A DNA stretch of 52,008 nt from Reclinomonas americana ATCC 50394 (lineage: Eukaryota): NCBI GenBank assembly GCA_048213135.1, contig PS015352.1:1-52008 (forward strand), in the 5' to 3' direction. The translations under genes and the position numbers were made by a program. Shown piece after piece: positions 26,771-39,842 of this stretch; within the stretch, counting starts at the first letter, position 1, and every line of letters begins with the position of its first letter. Below the pieces are notes generated by a model. That model was not told where the DNA came from and ran no database searches. It worked only from the letters and a program-made list of their open reading frames with translations.

Positions 26771-27150
26771 TCTCCCCATCTTTTTCCCCCAATTCTCGCC
26801 CTTGTGCCTTCTACATGGAAGCTACTTCCGTCATTGCATCGATTTCACCATTCCCCTCTTGCATTGCCCAAATTCTCCCTTTCACTTCAAGAATGTGTTT
26901 CCACATTCTATTCTCTCCCCATCTCTCTTTCTCTTGTATTCAAATACCCCGCCCTTGTGCCTTCTACATTGAAGCCATTTCCTTCATTGCATCGATTTCA
27001 CCATTGCCCTCTTGTATTGCCCAAATTCTTTCTTTCACTTCAAGAATATGTTTCCACATTCTATTCTCTCCCCATCTCCTTTCCCCAATTCTCGCCCTTG
27101 TGCCCTTCCATCTCCCTTCCCTAATTCTCGCCCTTTCATCTCCATTCCCC
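26771..27150. repeat. ~153-bp tandem repeat, two copies plus a partial
   Basis: cgcccttgtgccttc(tacat) recurs near 26797, 26950 and 27093. Confidence 0.8.
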
Positions 27151-28069
27151 AATTCTCACCCGTTCCTTTCTTATTTTCCTCGTTCCACTCCAAGAATACA
27201 CTCTCGCACCTCTCCATCCCCACTCCTCCATCAATCACTGATCGATTTGACCTCTCCTTTCACCCTCTCTCTGCGATTCATGTGAATTCGGAATTGACCA
27301 ATCAAATGTCTCTCCTCGTATCTCCCCACCAGTATCTCAATTCTTGATTCCCCACCGTATCGCCCTTCTCCCCTTCTCCTTGTACATGATACTTGCATCA
27401 AATGACCTGCTCCACCTCTCCTCCGCCCTCCACAATTTTCTCAATCTTCCATCGGAATTGCATCAGTCAATCCATTGCAGCTCCTCACCGGCATCTTAAT
27501 TCCACATTCCCTTTGGCAGAATCCTTCTTCCCCTCTCCGCCCATGTGATCTCATCCTTTGTTTCCAAATCTGACCTCATTCCCGCCCTGTTATTCCATCG
27601 ATGGCCATCATTTCAGCTGAATCCGCATCGTTGCTTGCTGCATGCGTCTGCGTGTGAGTGTTTCGCATGCCGTGCATCTTCTCCACTCTCTCCATCGACT
27701 CCATCGTGCAATTCATCTCACTCACACCTTCCACCCATCCCCCTGCCGGATTTCTCGGCTGCATTTCATTCGGTGCCATGTCGGATTGCTTCGATTTCCA
27801 CCGCTCACCGCCCGTTTGTGCTTCCTTGCTTCCCCTTTCTCCAATTCCATTTCTTGCAGAGTTCTTTTTCTCCCCCAATTCCCGCCCCCCTCTTCATGCA
27901 TCAACGGCAGCCGGCTGTCCCACCCGCCACCACGCACCCACACCNNNNNNNNNNNNNNNNNNNNACTCTCTCTCTCTCTTCACCTCCCATCGTCTTTCTT
28001 CCTCTCCCTTCCTCCTTTCCTCTCCCTTCCTTCCTTCCTCTCTCACACTCTTCCTCTCCTCCTCCTCTC

Positions 28070-29188
28070 TTGCTGAGAGAATGAATGTGTGTATCTGTGT
28101 GCATTGACTCGCCGTTGCTCCGCGTGATTGCACAATTCTTCCTCCCTTCCTCCCTTTCTCCCTATTCCTCTCCCTTCCTCTCACTTTCTTCCTCTCTCCC
28201 TTTCTCACTCCCTACCTCCCTTGCTGTCTCATTCTTTCTCTATATATCTCGTCGCCTCTCTCGCCGTGCGTGTTGCGTGTCATCGTGCTTGGATTCGCCA
28301 CTGCCCCCTCGTAATGGTACAATTCTTCCGCCCACACGCAATGCATCTTCACCTACCTTCGCCTCCCTTCCTCTCCTCTTCCTCTCCTCTTCCTCCTCTT
28401 GCCGAGGGAATGACTGTGTGTCTCTGTGTGCATCAACTCGCCATTGTTCCGCTTGATTGCACAATTCTACCTCCCTTCCTCCCTTCCTCTCCCTATTCGC
28501 CTCCCTTCCTCTCCCTATTCGCCTCCCTTCCTCTCCCTTTCTTCTCTTCTGTCTCACTCTCTCCCTCTCCTCCTCCTCCTCTCTCGCCATACGTGTTGTG
28601 TGTTTTCGTGCATTGCTCCGTGTGATTGAGCAATTCTTCCGCCCACACGCATCCCTCTTCGCCTCCCTTCCTTTCCTCGCCCTCCTCTCTTGCTGAGAGC
28701 ATGTGCACGACTGTGTGTGTGTCTGCGTGCGTGGAATCGCCTGATGCATACCATTCCGTCCACTCGCATTGCTATGCATTTCCTGTTTCATTTCCCTCTT
28801 TTGCTTTCACTCATTCTCGCCGCTTCTCTTGCTGAGCGTGCATTGACTCGCCGTTGCTCCGCATGATTGCACAATTCTTCCTCTCTCTCAACTCTCTTCT
28901 CCCTATTCACCTCCCTTCCTCTCTCTCTCAACTCTCTTCTCCCTTCCTATCCCTTCCTCTTCTCCTCCTCCTCTCTTGCCGAGAGAATGACTGTGTGTAT
29001 CTGTGTGCATTAACTCGCCAGTGCTCCGCTTGATTGCACAATTCTACCTCGAGCTCCCTTCCTCTCTCCCTTTCTCTTCGCCTCCCTTTCTTCTCTTCTG
29101 TCTCACTCTCTCCCTCTCCTCCTCTTCTCTCTCGCCATACGTGTTGCGTGTTTTCGTGCATTGCTCCGCGTGATTGAGCAATTCTTCC
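28070..29188. repeat. Degenerate CT-rich minisatellite
   Basis: The core tgctccgc(g/t)tgattgcacaattct recurs near 28115, 28445, 28613, 28855, 29022 and 29161. Confidence 0.8.
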
Positions 29189-29635
29189 NNNNNNNNNNNN
29201 NNNNNNNNNNNNNNNNNNNNNNNNNNNNNNNNNNNNNNNNNNNNNNNNNNNNNNNNNNNNNNNNNNNNNNNNNNNNNNNNNNNNNNNNNNNNNNNNNNNN
29301 NNNNNNNNNNNNNNNNNNNNNNNNNNNNNNNNNNNNNNNNNNNNNNNNNNNNNNNNNNNNNNNNNNNNNNNNNNNNNNNNNNNNNNNNNNNNNNNNNNNN
29401 NNNNNNNNNNNNNNNNNNNNNNNNNNNNNNNNNNNNNNNNNNNNNNNNNNNNNNNNNNNNNNNNNNNNNNNNNNNNNNNNNNNNNNNNNNNNNNNNNNNN
29501 NNNNNNNACGTGAGAGGGGAGGAGGAGAAGGAGAAAAGAAGATGATCTGCTGGGTGTGGCGACATGGGCATCTTTTGGAGGTACGTGCGTATGAGCGCCT
29601 TGGCCATGGGGTGTGGATGGGAAATCAACCGCGTT

Positions 29636-30360
29636 TGCCTCGCTCACTCATTCATTCATTGTGTCTGTTCAGCAGCACGATCCGTGATCCTGTTCAAATG
29701 GAGAGCTGTCTCTCTTCCTGTCTCCACGCGTGCACCATCGCCGGTGCATGCATCGCAAGGCTCGGACGTCTCTGTGAGTTGTCCCTGTTGCATTGTTCCT
29801 TCTCCCTCTCTCGCTCTCCTCGCTCACTCATTCATTCGTTGTGTCTGTTCAGCAGCTCGATTCGTTATCCCGCTCAAATGGAGAGCTCGAGTTGTCTCTC
29901 TCTCTGTCTCCACCGTCGCCGATGCATGCATCGCAAGTCTCGGACGTCTCTGTGAGTTGTCCCTGTTGCATCGTTCCTTCTTCCTCTCCCTCGCTCTCCC
30001 CGCTCACTCAATCATTCATTGTGTCTGTTCAGCAGCACGATCCGTGATCCCGCTCAAATGGAGAGTTTTCTCTCTCCCTGTCTCCACCATCGCCGGTGCA
30101 TGCATCGCAAGGCTCGGACGTCTCTTTGAGTTGTCCCTATTGCATTGTTCTTTCTCCCCCCTCCCTCGCTCTCCTCGCTCACTCATTCATCGATATCCAT
30201 TGTGTCTGTTCAGCAGCTCGATCCGTGATCATGATCCTGCTCAAATGGAGAGTTGTCTCTCTCCCTGTCCACCATCGCCGGTGCATGCATCGCAAGGCTC
30301 GGACGTCTCTGTGTGTTTGTCCCTGTTGCATTGTTCCTTCTCCCTCTCTCGCTCTCCGTT
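29636..30360. repeat. ~180-bp tandem repeat, four copies
   Basis: cgctcactcattcatt...tgtgtctgttcagcagc...aaatggagag...gcatgcatcgcaaggctcggacgtctct starts at 29641, 29821, 30001 and ~30176. Confidence 0.9.
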
Positions 30361-33279
30361 TCTCATGATCACCATTGATCCAGTCATGCCTGGCTCGTCA
30401 AACAGGAGCGTATTGCATGCAGACCGCACGCGGCATTGCGACACGCCGCTTGTCGTTTTCTTCCTTCACAATAACCGCCATCGATTGCAACTGCATGTGT
30501 GTGTGAGAGAGAGAGAGAAAGAGTGTGTTTGCAATTGCATGCTTGTTCCTGCTGGTTTGTTTTCCTCACTCCCCATCCTCCTCCTCCTCCCGCTCTCAAC
30601 CTCTCGACTTTCTCCTTGAGCTCTCTCCCCCTCCCTCTTCCCCACTTTCTCCCCTCCGCTGCAATGAGCGGGATGGCGGACTTTCCACTCCGTCGCCTTT
30701 CTTGCTTTTCTCTCTCCCATCGGCCACAGTCGATGTTCAAGCGGTGCAAGGAGATTGGCACAGCGTCGCTCCATCCATGTCTTCCTCTCTTCCTCCTCCT
30801 CCGTGGCTTTTGCCTCTGTCCTTGGTCTGCAGTGTGGCGTGAATGCCGATTGATTCGGGAACCACGAATCGCGGACTGGGTGGCTGCGGTGGTGGTTGTG
30901 GCGTAATGTATGCATCAGCTCGTTGCATCTCACTCTCCTGCACACACTGCCTCTGCGATGAATACCAGCAAGGAGAGGGAGAAGAGACGCACACACGTGT
31001 CCAACGTCGCATCATTTGTCCCACACACCTCTCCGCTCTTCTTCTGTTGTGTGGTGTGATGCGCCGATGCACGAGCAAAGCATCAGTGGCGTGGCTTGCG
31101 TGCGATCGTGCATGCATGAGCGAGTGAGCGAGTGACCGTGTTTCGTCGTTGGCGCACATTCTCTCGTCGCGCGTGTGTGTTTTGCGAGGAGACTCGGAGA
31201 ATGAGGAGGAGGATGAGTGTGGCACGTTTGTCGACATCGTGCATGAGCAGCTGCTTGCACACGCACACACCAGGTGAGTGAGTGTGTGGGAAAAAGAGAG
31301 AATGTGTGAGAGTGTGTGAAAGTGGCATTCATTGTTTCGCGTCTCTTTCTCTCATTTTCTCTCCCTCTCTCTCATCCACCTCCTCATAGTGAGCATGGCT
31401 ATGTGTTTGTGCATGTGCGTGTGCGCATATGCGCGTCTGCTGCTGAGATGTGTGCGTGTTGGACCTCGATTCAGTTTTCCCGCCACTCGAGTCTCTCTCT
31501 CTCTCTCCCGCGCGCGCTCNNNNNNNNNNNNNNNNNNNNNNNNNNNNNNNNNNNNNNNNNNNNNNNNNNNNNNNNNNNNNNNNNNNNNNNNNNNNNNNNN
31601 NNNNNNNNNNNNNNNNNNNNNNNNNNNNNNNNNNNNNNNNNNNNNNNNNNNNNNNNNNNNNNNNNNNNNNNNNNNNNNNNNNNNNNNNNNNNNNNNNNNN
31701 NNNNNNNNNNNNNNNNNNNNNNNNNNNNNNNNNNNNNNNNNNNNNNNNNNNNNNNNNNNNNNNNNNNNNNNNNNNNNNNNNNNNNNNNNNNNNNNNNNNN
31801 NNNNNNNNNNNNNNNNNNNNNNNNNNNNNNNNNNNNNNNNNNNNNNNNNNNNNNNNNNNNNNNNNNNNNNNNNNNNNNNNNNNNNNNNNNNNNNNNNNNN
31901 NNNNNNNNNNNNNNNNNNNNNNNNNNNNNNNNNNNNNNNNNNNNNNNNNNNNNNNNNNNNNNNNNNNNNNNNNNNNNNNNNNNNNNNNNNNNNNNNNNNN
32001 NNNNNNNNNNNNNNNNNNNNNNNNNNNNNNNNNNNNNNNNNNNNNNNNNNNNNNNNNNNNNNNNNNNNNNNNNNNNNNNNNNNNNNNNNNNNNNNNNNNN
32101 NNNNNNNNNNNNNNNNNNNNNNNNNNNNNNNNNNNNNNNNNNNNNNNNNNCATTCGCATCTTCCCTCTCCCCTTCCGTCGTCACTCTCCTCTTGCCTGTA
32201 CTTTGCCTCTCCCTTCTCTTCTGCTCCTTCGCATCTTCCCTCTCCCCTTTCCGTCTTCATCCTCCTCTTGCCTGTACTCTGCCTGTCTCTGTACCCCTCT
32301 CCCCCCTCTCCCCCTTGTCCGCCATGCCACCGTTGCCTTCTTCTGTCTCCTCCACCCACCTCTCCCTCTCGCTTCAGATTCACCGATTCACTCTCTACGC
32401 CCTCCTTCTTCGCTCAATTCTGCGCCCACACTCACTTTATCGCGCTCTCCGCCTGTAGGCGATGATTCTGTGTGAGAGCGGTGCCATTCGACCGTCGCTT
32501 GTCAGCCGGCGTGATATCAATGGGAGCTCGTGTGAGCCAGTCGTCGGCCACCGCCGGATTCGCAATGTGGCGCATCTTGTTCTTCCTGTTGGTGGCTCTG
32601 CGTTGATCGACCGTCACGCACTCCTCCACAGCAGCAACTGGTGATGCTGGTGGCGTTCGACGATACACACGTGCGGGGTGAGTTGACGGGAGCGGTGAGA
32701 GGAGTGGAGAGAGAGAGAGAAGAGGATCGTTTGCGACTTGAGGTTGGGTGGAGCGACCAGCATGGTCATGCACTGACACGCATGATGCCACCTCTGCGAC
32801 AGATGTGGGACGCATTTCGACTCGTCTGGTCCACACGCTCTACTGCAGCAGGTGCGGCTGGGCGGCATCCTGTCACTTGCCGATGTGTCCCTCGACTGCT
32901 CGAATATGCCCACACACATTTTCTGTCGATCGGTGTGTGCTTGTGGTGGTGCAACACGAATGCCGGCTGCTCTGCTTTCTTTCTTTGCTCACACATGCGC
33001 TCTCATGTCGCAGGGGAATGAGGCCTGCCATCGCACCATCTGTCCATTGTGTTGTGCGAGACGGAGCGCCGTGGCGACGAGATGTGTGCATGTGCCTCGC
33101 AATGGCGCGCTCCAGCATCGCATTCAGATCTCTCCTTGCCCGCCTTGTGCGGCACCCATGACGTGGAGCGACTACACGCTGCGCCGATTGTGTTCTTGTG
33201 TCTCACTCGCTGAGCAGGTGAGCGATTCACGTCACTTCTGTTTCTCGTTCTTCCTCACCTCCATCATCCACTCGCGTTG

Positions 33280-33890
33280 GTCACATTCACTTGCACCCTT
33301 CACGACTCCTCCCACTCTCGTTTTCCTCACCTCGTCTCGTCTCGTCTCGCTCTTTCTTGTGTCTTCTATTGCCTTCCTTTCTTGGCCTTTCTTCTCCCCA
33401 TTGTCCCCTTCCCGTGAGCCGCTCTTGTTGCTTTTCGTTGATCTCTTTTCACTTGCATCCTTCACGCCGCCTCCCACTCTCACTCTCCTTCTCCTCACCT
33501 CTCTGTGCTTCAAGGACTTCCCTTTTCGGTCCCTTTCTCCTTGCTTGATCTCTTTTCACTTGCATCCTTCACGACTCCCCCCACTCTCCTTCTCCCCACC
33601 TCGTCTCGTCTCGTTTCGCTCTTTCTTGTGTCTTTTATTGCCTTCCTTTCTTGGCCTCTCTCCTCTCCATTGTCCCCTTCCCGTGAGCCGCCCTTGTTGC
33701 ATTTCGTTGATCTCTTTTCACTTGCATCCTTCACGCCTCCTCTCGCTCTCTTTCTCCTTCACCTCGTTTCGCTCTTCACTATGCTTCAAGGTCTTCCCTT
33801 TTCGGTCCCTTTCTCCTTCCTTGATCTCTATTCACTGGCATCCTTCACGACTCCTCCAACTCTCTTTCTTCTTCACCTCGTTTCGTTCTC
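33280..33890. repeat. ~270-bp compound CT-rich tandem repeat (~2.2 copies)
   Basis: tcacttgcatccttcacg recurs near 33287, 33449, 33556, 33718 and 33832. Confidence 0.8.
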
Positions 33891-34312
33891 TCCTGTGTCA
33901 GCTGATCGCTCTTCAATAGCTTCCCTTTCAATGCCTCCCTCCTGTCTTCATCGTCCGCTTCTCAATATCCGCCCTTTTTCTCCTTCCTTCATGTAATGCA
34001 CTTGCATTGTTCATGCCTCCGTGCGCCCACTCTCTCTTTCTTCTTGTCTCGCATTGTTCTGCGTCGTGTCGATTGAGGGATGCTTGCTCGTCACTGTGCC
34101 ACGTTCTTCGCTTGCTATCCGGATCCTCTTCCTCCCCACTCCGATTTGTGCCTACCCGCTCTTCTCTTCCTTGTGCACCCACGTAATGGCAGCACGCTAC
34201 TCCTCTCTCATTCTCCTCATTGCATCCCGTTCGCCGATGTCTGTCCTCTTGCTTCACAATCCACTCTCTCTATCTGATTGTTTCTTCTTGCCTTTGTTCC
34301 TGTCGCGCGCAG

Positions 34313-34608
34313 TGTTGGACGGTTGAGGGGGACACACTGGATGGGTATACTCTGTCGTCGTTACTCCCGATGGCCAGCACATCATGAGTGGGAGTGCGGA
34401 TAAATCGATCCGAGTGTGGTCCGCGCCGCGTGGCCCGGCAGGACAAGAGGTTGCGGCCGCACGATCAGCTGTGCTGGCCATCAACGAGCTGCTTGCCGAA
34501 GAAGATGACTGTGACTGGATTCTCGTCGATGTTGTGCTGCGGTGTTTTGTGTTGGAGGATGCAGAGGTGATTGAACGCCGTGCGCCTGGATGGTGCTGGA
34601 CGGAGTGA
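34313..34608 (+). pseudogene. Last exon of a decayed WD40 gene of the array family (one blade plus a divergent C-terminal motif)
   Basis: GHTGWVYSVVVTPDGQHIMSGSADKSIRVWSAPRG...EVAAARSAV...DVVLRCFVLEDAEV. There is an extra base / in-frame TGA just before GH. Only WD-like scraps are visible upstream (32460-33217; donor gtgagc at 33218). Confidence 0.65.
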
Positions 34609-35481
34609 GCTCAATGAATGTACGATGACTGATGGCTGTCACTGCGCGACTCTCTCATGTTGACCGCCACACCGCCTCACACGTGCTTCTCCACTGCCTT
34701 GCCAAGTGCAGGCAGCCGGAAAGCAGATACAGCACATTGCAGTGCAGTGCAGTGGGATTGCAAGAAGAGCATGCCGAGTGCGATGGATGTGTGTGGGTGG
34801 TTGAGATGAGGCCATGGAATGAACAGACACGCGCGTGTTGCTCGGCATTGAGCGAGCCCTCGCTCTCCCACCCACACACACACACCTTGTGCTTGTGCCT
34901 TCATGTCACCTTGTCATTCGAACGCGGCGTTGAAGCAGCGGGCACCATCGCCAGCCTCCCCCTCTCACACTGGCACCGCATGAACACGGAGAGCGCGTCA
35001 AGCATCGATTCAGACGGCCACTCTTCTCGTTACACACGCCACGGGGAGAGGGAGTGCACTTGCGCCGCGAACTCGTTTCCCGCGCGTGCGTGTGTGCCCT
35101 GATAACTGGCGTGGCGCACACAACTCAAACGTTGTGAAGCCTCTTGGCTCTCTTTCTGAATCGCGTGCTGCTGCCCCTCCAACCGACTCACATGCGTGGC
35201 TCGGAGGGAGTTGATGCTCGTGGCGTGTCGAGTTAGAACAGGCTCGGCGTGCTGCATGCATGCACCTTCAATGCCGCAACATCTCACTCACATCGCAGTT
35301 GGAGAATGGAGCACCAAGACGAGGCTGCGGAGAGACAGGGGGCACTGAGACACAGACAGCACCGCGAGGCGCACACGCGCGAGAGAGAAAGAGGATGTTG
35401 ATGTTCTGTCGGATGAATCAGAGTTGGTGCTTTACTTCTTATCTATTCACACACACACACGCACACACATACACACACACA

Positions 35482-35513
<32 letters not shown>

Positions 35514-35599
35514 CTCTCACCCACTCACGCACTCTCACCCACTCACACACTCTCTCTCTCTCTCACACACACGCGCGCACACACAAATTCACACGGAGA

Positions 35600-36515
35600 A
35601 TGACAGCAAAGGTGGGAATGTATGCACTTTGCGTGGTTGGTGTCTGCGCGTGCATTCGTGTGCTTGTGCATCGTGTGCAGTTGTTGTTTGTGTTGTTATG
35701 CTTGTCTTTGATTGCTGCTGCGTGCGTCTCACTGCGAGTGGCACAGATCATTCAGAGTCCCGCTTCGGTGCGGTCCGTCGCCGTCACTCCCGATTGCCAG
35801 CACATTGTTGGTGGGTGCATGGACAGCACTGTTCGAATGTGGTCACTGGCGAGTGGCAAAGAGGTGCGACGGCTGGAGGGACACACTGCGTGGTTGCAGT
35901 CTGTCGCCGTCACCCCTGATGGCCTTCACATCGTGAGTGGANNNNNNNNNNNNNNNNNNNNATAATGCGGGTATGGTTGCTGGCGAGTGGGGAGGAGGTA
36001 CTGCGGTTGGAGGGGCACATTGGCTTGGCGCTCTCTACACTCCCGATGGTCGACACATTGTGAGTGGCGGTGGGGACGAGACAGTGCGAATATTGTCACT
36101 GGTAAGTGGGATGGAAGTGCGACGACTAGAAGGACACACTGGAAGGGTGTGCGCCGTCGCTGTTACTCCCGACGGTCAGCATATTGTGAGTGGGAGCGAG
36201 GACAGCACCGTGCGGATGTGGTCTTTGGCGAGTGGCGAGGAAGTACGACAGTTGGAGCGACACACTGGATGGGTGTCGTCTGTGGCCGTCTCTCCCGATG
36301 GTCTCCACATTGTGAGTGCGGGTGGCATTGACGGGACGATACGAGTGTGGTCCACGCCGCGCGGCCTTGCTCACCTCGAACTCGACGCCGCGCGCTCGGC
36401 CATGCAAGCCGTGCAGGAGATGCAGGAGGATGAAGTAGATTCACGATGCCTTCCCGAGCTGGTTCTGCGCTGTTTCATCGTCGAAGATGCCGAGGTCGTC
36501 CTTTTTCGGTGCTGA
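35600..36515 (+). pseudogene. WD40 array copy 1 (exons 35600-35611, 35747-36515); gap plus frame-breaking deletion near 36030
   Basis: MTAK|IIQSPASVRSVAVTPD...; after the gap the blade EGHIGL...TPDG lacks the VxSVAV strand and changes frame. The tail CLPELVLRCFIVEDAEVVLFRC* is intact. Confidence 0.6.
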
Positions 36516-36965
36516 GGTGGTGAGTCGGAGGGAGGGAAGGTGGCTGCTGGTGACTGGGAGTTGTTTTTTCGTGTCTTGTGCGGGGGTGCGGGTGATCATG
36601 CGGGATGCAGGTGGGGGTACAGAGGAAGACAGAGGAAGAGAGTGAGATTGTAGTTGATGGTGAAGAATCGTTCCCCCGTGTTTGTTGCCCTGTCATGTAC
36701 ACGTGAATGTGATTGTGCGGGCGTGAAGCATGTCTCCCTCTGTTTACGTGTCTCTTTCTCACCTCCATTTGTGTGCAAGTGCGATGAATCACTTGGGAGT
36801 CTCTTGCGTTTTTTTGTCTTGTTGTGAAGTCTGTTGTGCGTGCATCTTTCGTCGCCCATGTACGTGCCTCAGGAGAGCGAGTCACCGACGATTGTCTCCT
36901 CGTTTGCACACTTCCTTGGCGCCACTACTCTGCTTNNNNNNNNNNNNNNNNNNNNATGTCTTGTC

Positions 36966-37014
<49 letters not shown>

Positions 37015-38652
37015 CCTTACAGAGTCTCTATCTTTCTCCACCATCTCTCTCCTTTGTGCGCTCATCTGCCTCCCCAGTCATCCACCCCTCCTTGCCGCAC
37101 ACGCTCAAGGCCGAGCATGCTTCTCTACTCATGTTGCACCGACTGCCATCCTGCCAGTTCATCATGGTGAGCTTCTAGATACCGAAGTGTGTGAGATGGC
37201 CCGACTGCATTCTGACTCTTCTCTCTCTCTATCTCTATCACAGAACCGGCCCTCGGCTGTCCTCTTGCCCAAACGCGTGTTGGTATCAGGTGCTGATTGG
37301 TGTGTTCGCCACGTGTGACAGAGCAGATTTCTCTCCTCTTCCTCCATGCCTTTGCTCACAGCACACCGGCATGCAGAGACCATGGAAAGCATGTCGTGAC
37401 GATGACAGACGTGCTGTGCATTGCCCATTGCCGGCTGTCACCTCGCTCAGTCGGCTCCACACCTGAATCCCAGCAATGCACGATGCAAGTGTTGGCCTTG
37501 TTCGTCTTGATTTCTCTTTCCTCCTTCCACTCACCTCACTCATGCAGGCCGCACATGCTATGGAGAGCGTGGCTGGGTGGATGTACATATGCGCGCGTGC
37601 CGTGCTGTGCGATGGTGGCCTGGTTGGTGGATCGTATTAAATCCCGACTTGCAAGTCTGAGTGGAGTGTGCGCCGTTGCCGCCGTCTCTGTCGAGTGACG
37701 ATGGTGTTGGCCATGGAAGACTGCAGACGCGTGCTCGGCAATCTACTCATGGGTTGTCGTGTTTCCCGATGGGTGACCTGGTCGGTGGATCGTTCTCGAT
37801 CCCGGTTGGCAAGTCGGAGCGGATCGATGGTATGCGCTTCTTGGTTGCTGCTGTCGCCGCCAAGTAATGATGGTGATGGCCATGGGAGACTGCAGACTCG
37901 TGTCAGGCTAGCAACACGTGGTGCGTGCGTGTTCTGTATCTGCGTTGAGGAGCATTGGTGAGACTTGGAGATTGACTGACTCAGTTCTGTGTGACAGGCG
38001 TGCTGGCAAGTGACTGGCATGCGAAGACACGTGGTTCCGTGTCACACAGTGCATGCATGAGACGATTCACCGACCGAATGTGAGTGTGATTGAAGTCACG
38101 AGGCATTGATTGTGATCTGGGTGAAGGGGAGGCGAGTCTCACGTCACAGCTGCCTGTTCCGTCGCTGTGCTGCTGTACTGGTCGTTCCTCTCTTGTTCCT
38201 TGTGCCATCATCGTGCCCTCATCAACCTCGCTGTGGGCCGATCCAAGGAGGCTTGAGGTTTCGAAGACTCGGCGCTCATTGGATTCTCGGGTGCAGGGCC
38301 ACAGCTGCATATCCAAGCAACCCGACATGCCAGTCCTTGGTGACAGAGTATGCAGGTCAGTTGAAAGAGAGTGTCGCTGGACAGCAGCACGGTGCAGTGG
38401 AGCGTCACCTTGAGTCACCACCACCACCTTGCTTGTCCATTCTGTCGATTTCGCATCGACGAGTCCCATGTCGGTCTTCGAGAGCCCACACGCATCAACG
38501 AAGCCACATCGTTCACACACCACCGCATGATATGTGGCTTGCTGGCTGCAGCCTGGCGAGGGATGCGGGACGTCTCAGAGCAAGACGGGAGAAAAAGGCG
38601 GGAAACAGTGACAATCCCGAGCGAGCAACTCACACACACACACACACGGAGA

Positions 38653-39842
38653 ATGGCAACAAAGGTGTGGATGTATGCGCACTTTCGCGCGGTTGATGTC
38701 TGTGCGTACATTCGTGTGCGTGTGCATGTGTGCGGTTGTTGTTGTGCGTGTCTTCGAATGTTGCTGTGCGTGTCTTCGAATGTTGATGTGCGTGTGCGCC
38801 TCACTGCGAGTGCTTGATACAGATCATTCAGAATATCGCTTCAGTGCGATCCGTCGCCGTCACTCCCGATGGCAAGCACATTGTCAGTGGTAGCTATGAC
38901 AAAACAGTTCGAGTGTGGTCGCTGGCGAGTGGCAAGGAGGTGCGGCGGCTTGAGGGGCACGCTGATGTGGTGTTTTCTGTCGCCGTCACCCCTGAAGGCC
39001 AGCACGTTGTGAGTGGGAGCGGAGACTCTACCGTGCGTGTGTGGTCGCTGGCGAGTGGGGAGGAGGTGCGACGGCTGGTGGGACACACTGGATGGGTGTG
39101 TTGTGTCGTCGTAACCCCCGATGGTCAGCACATTGTAAGTGGGGGTGAAGACAACACAGTGCGAGTGTGGTCTCTGGCAAGTGGGGAAGAGCTGCGACGG
39201 CTGGAGGGACACGCCGACAAGGTGTGGTCAGTCGCCGTCACTCCTGATGGTCAACACATTGTCAGTGGCGGTGGAGACAACACCGTGCGAGTGTGGTTGC
39301 TGGCGAGTGGGGTAGAAGTGCGACGGTTGGAAGGACACACTAGATGGGTGATTTCAGTCGCTGTTACTCCAGACGGTCAGCATATCGTGAGTGGGAGCGG
39401 GGACTGCACCGTGCGAGTGTGGTCAGTTACGAGCGGAGAAGAGGTGAGACGGTTGGAGAGACACACTGAATATGTACATTCTGTCGCCGTCTCTCCCGAC
39501 GGTCAGCATATTGTGAGTGGGAGCGAGGACAGCACCGTGCGGGTATGGTCTCTGGCGAGTGGCGAGGAAGTACGACGGTTGGATGGACACACTGGATGGG
39601 TTTCGTCCGTGGCCGTCTCTCGCGATGGTCTCCACATTGTGAGTGCGGGTGGCTATGATGAGACGGTGCGAGTGTGGTCCACGCCGCGTGGCCTCGCTCG
39701 CTTCGAACTCGACGCCGCGCGCTCGGCCATGCGGGCTGTGCAGGAGATGCAGGATGAGGAAGAAGATTCACGATGCCTTCCCGAGCTGGTTCTGCGTTGT
39801 TTCATCGTCGAAGATGCCGAGGTCGTCCTTTTCCGGTGCTGA
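38653..39842 (+). CDS. WD40 array copy 2, intact, 7 blades + C-terminal motif (exons 38653-38664, 38823-39842)
   Basis: MATK, intron gtgtgg...atacag, then IIQNIASVRSVAVTPDG with 7 repeats and the conserved tail. Confidence 0.9.

Noticed and set aside
29510-29630. HPMAKALIRTYLQ...LLF as a tyrosine-recombinase fragment
   Set aside because: Too short, with no catalytic R/HxxR/Y motifs or element ends visible.
29564-30619. 351-aa Cys-rich repeat ORF, or CRISPR-like array
   Set aside because: The 180-bp units are contiguous with no unique spacers and the peptide changes frame between units, so this is a non-coding minisatellite.
36516-38652. Array spacer as a transposon, or its short ORFs as intact genes
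   Set aside because: No terminal repeats, target-site duplications or transposase/RT motifs, and the ORFs break differently in each copy.
39828-39842. C-terminal Cys (LFRC*) as a prenylation signal
   Set aside because: The Cys is the last residue, which does not fit CaaX, CC or CxC.
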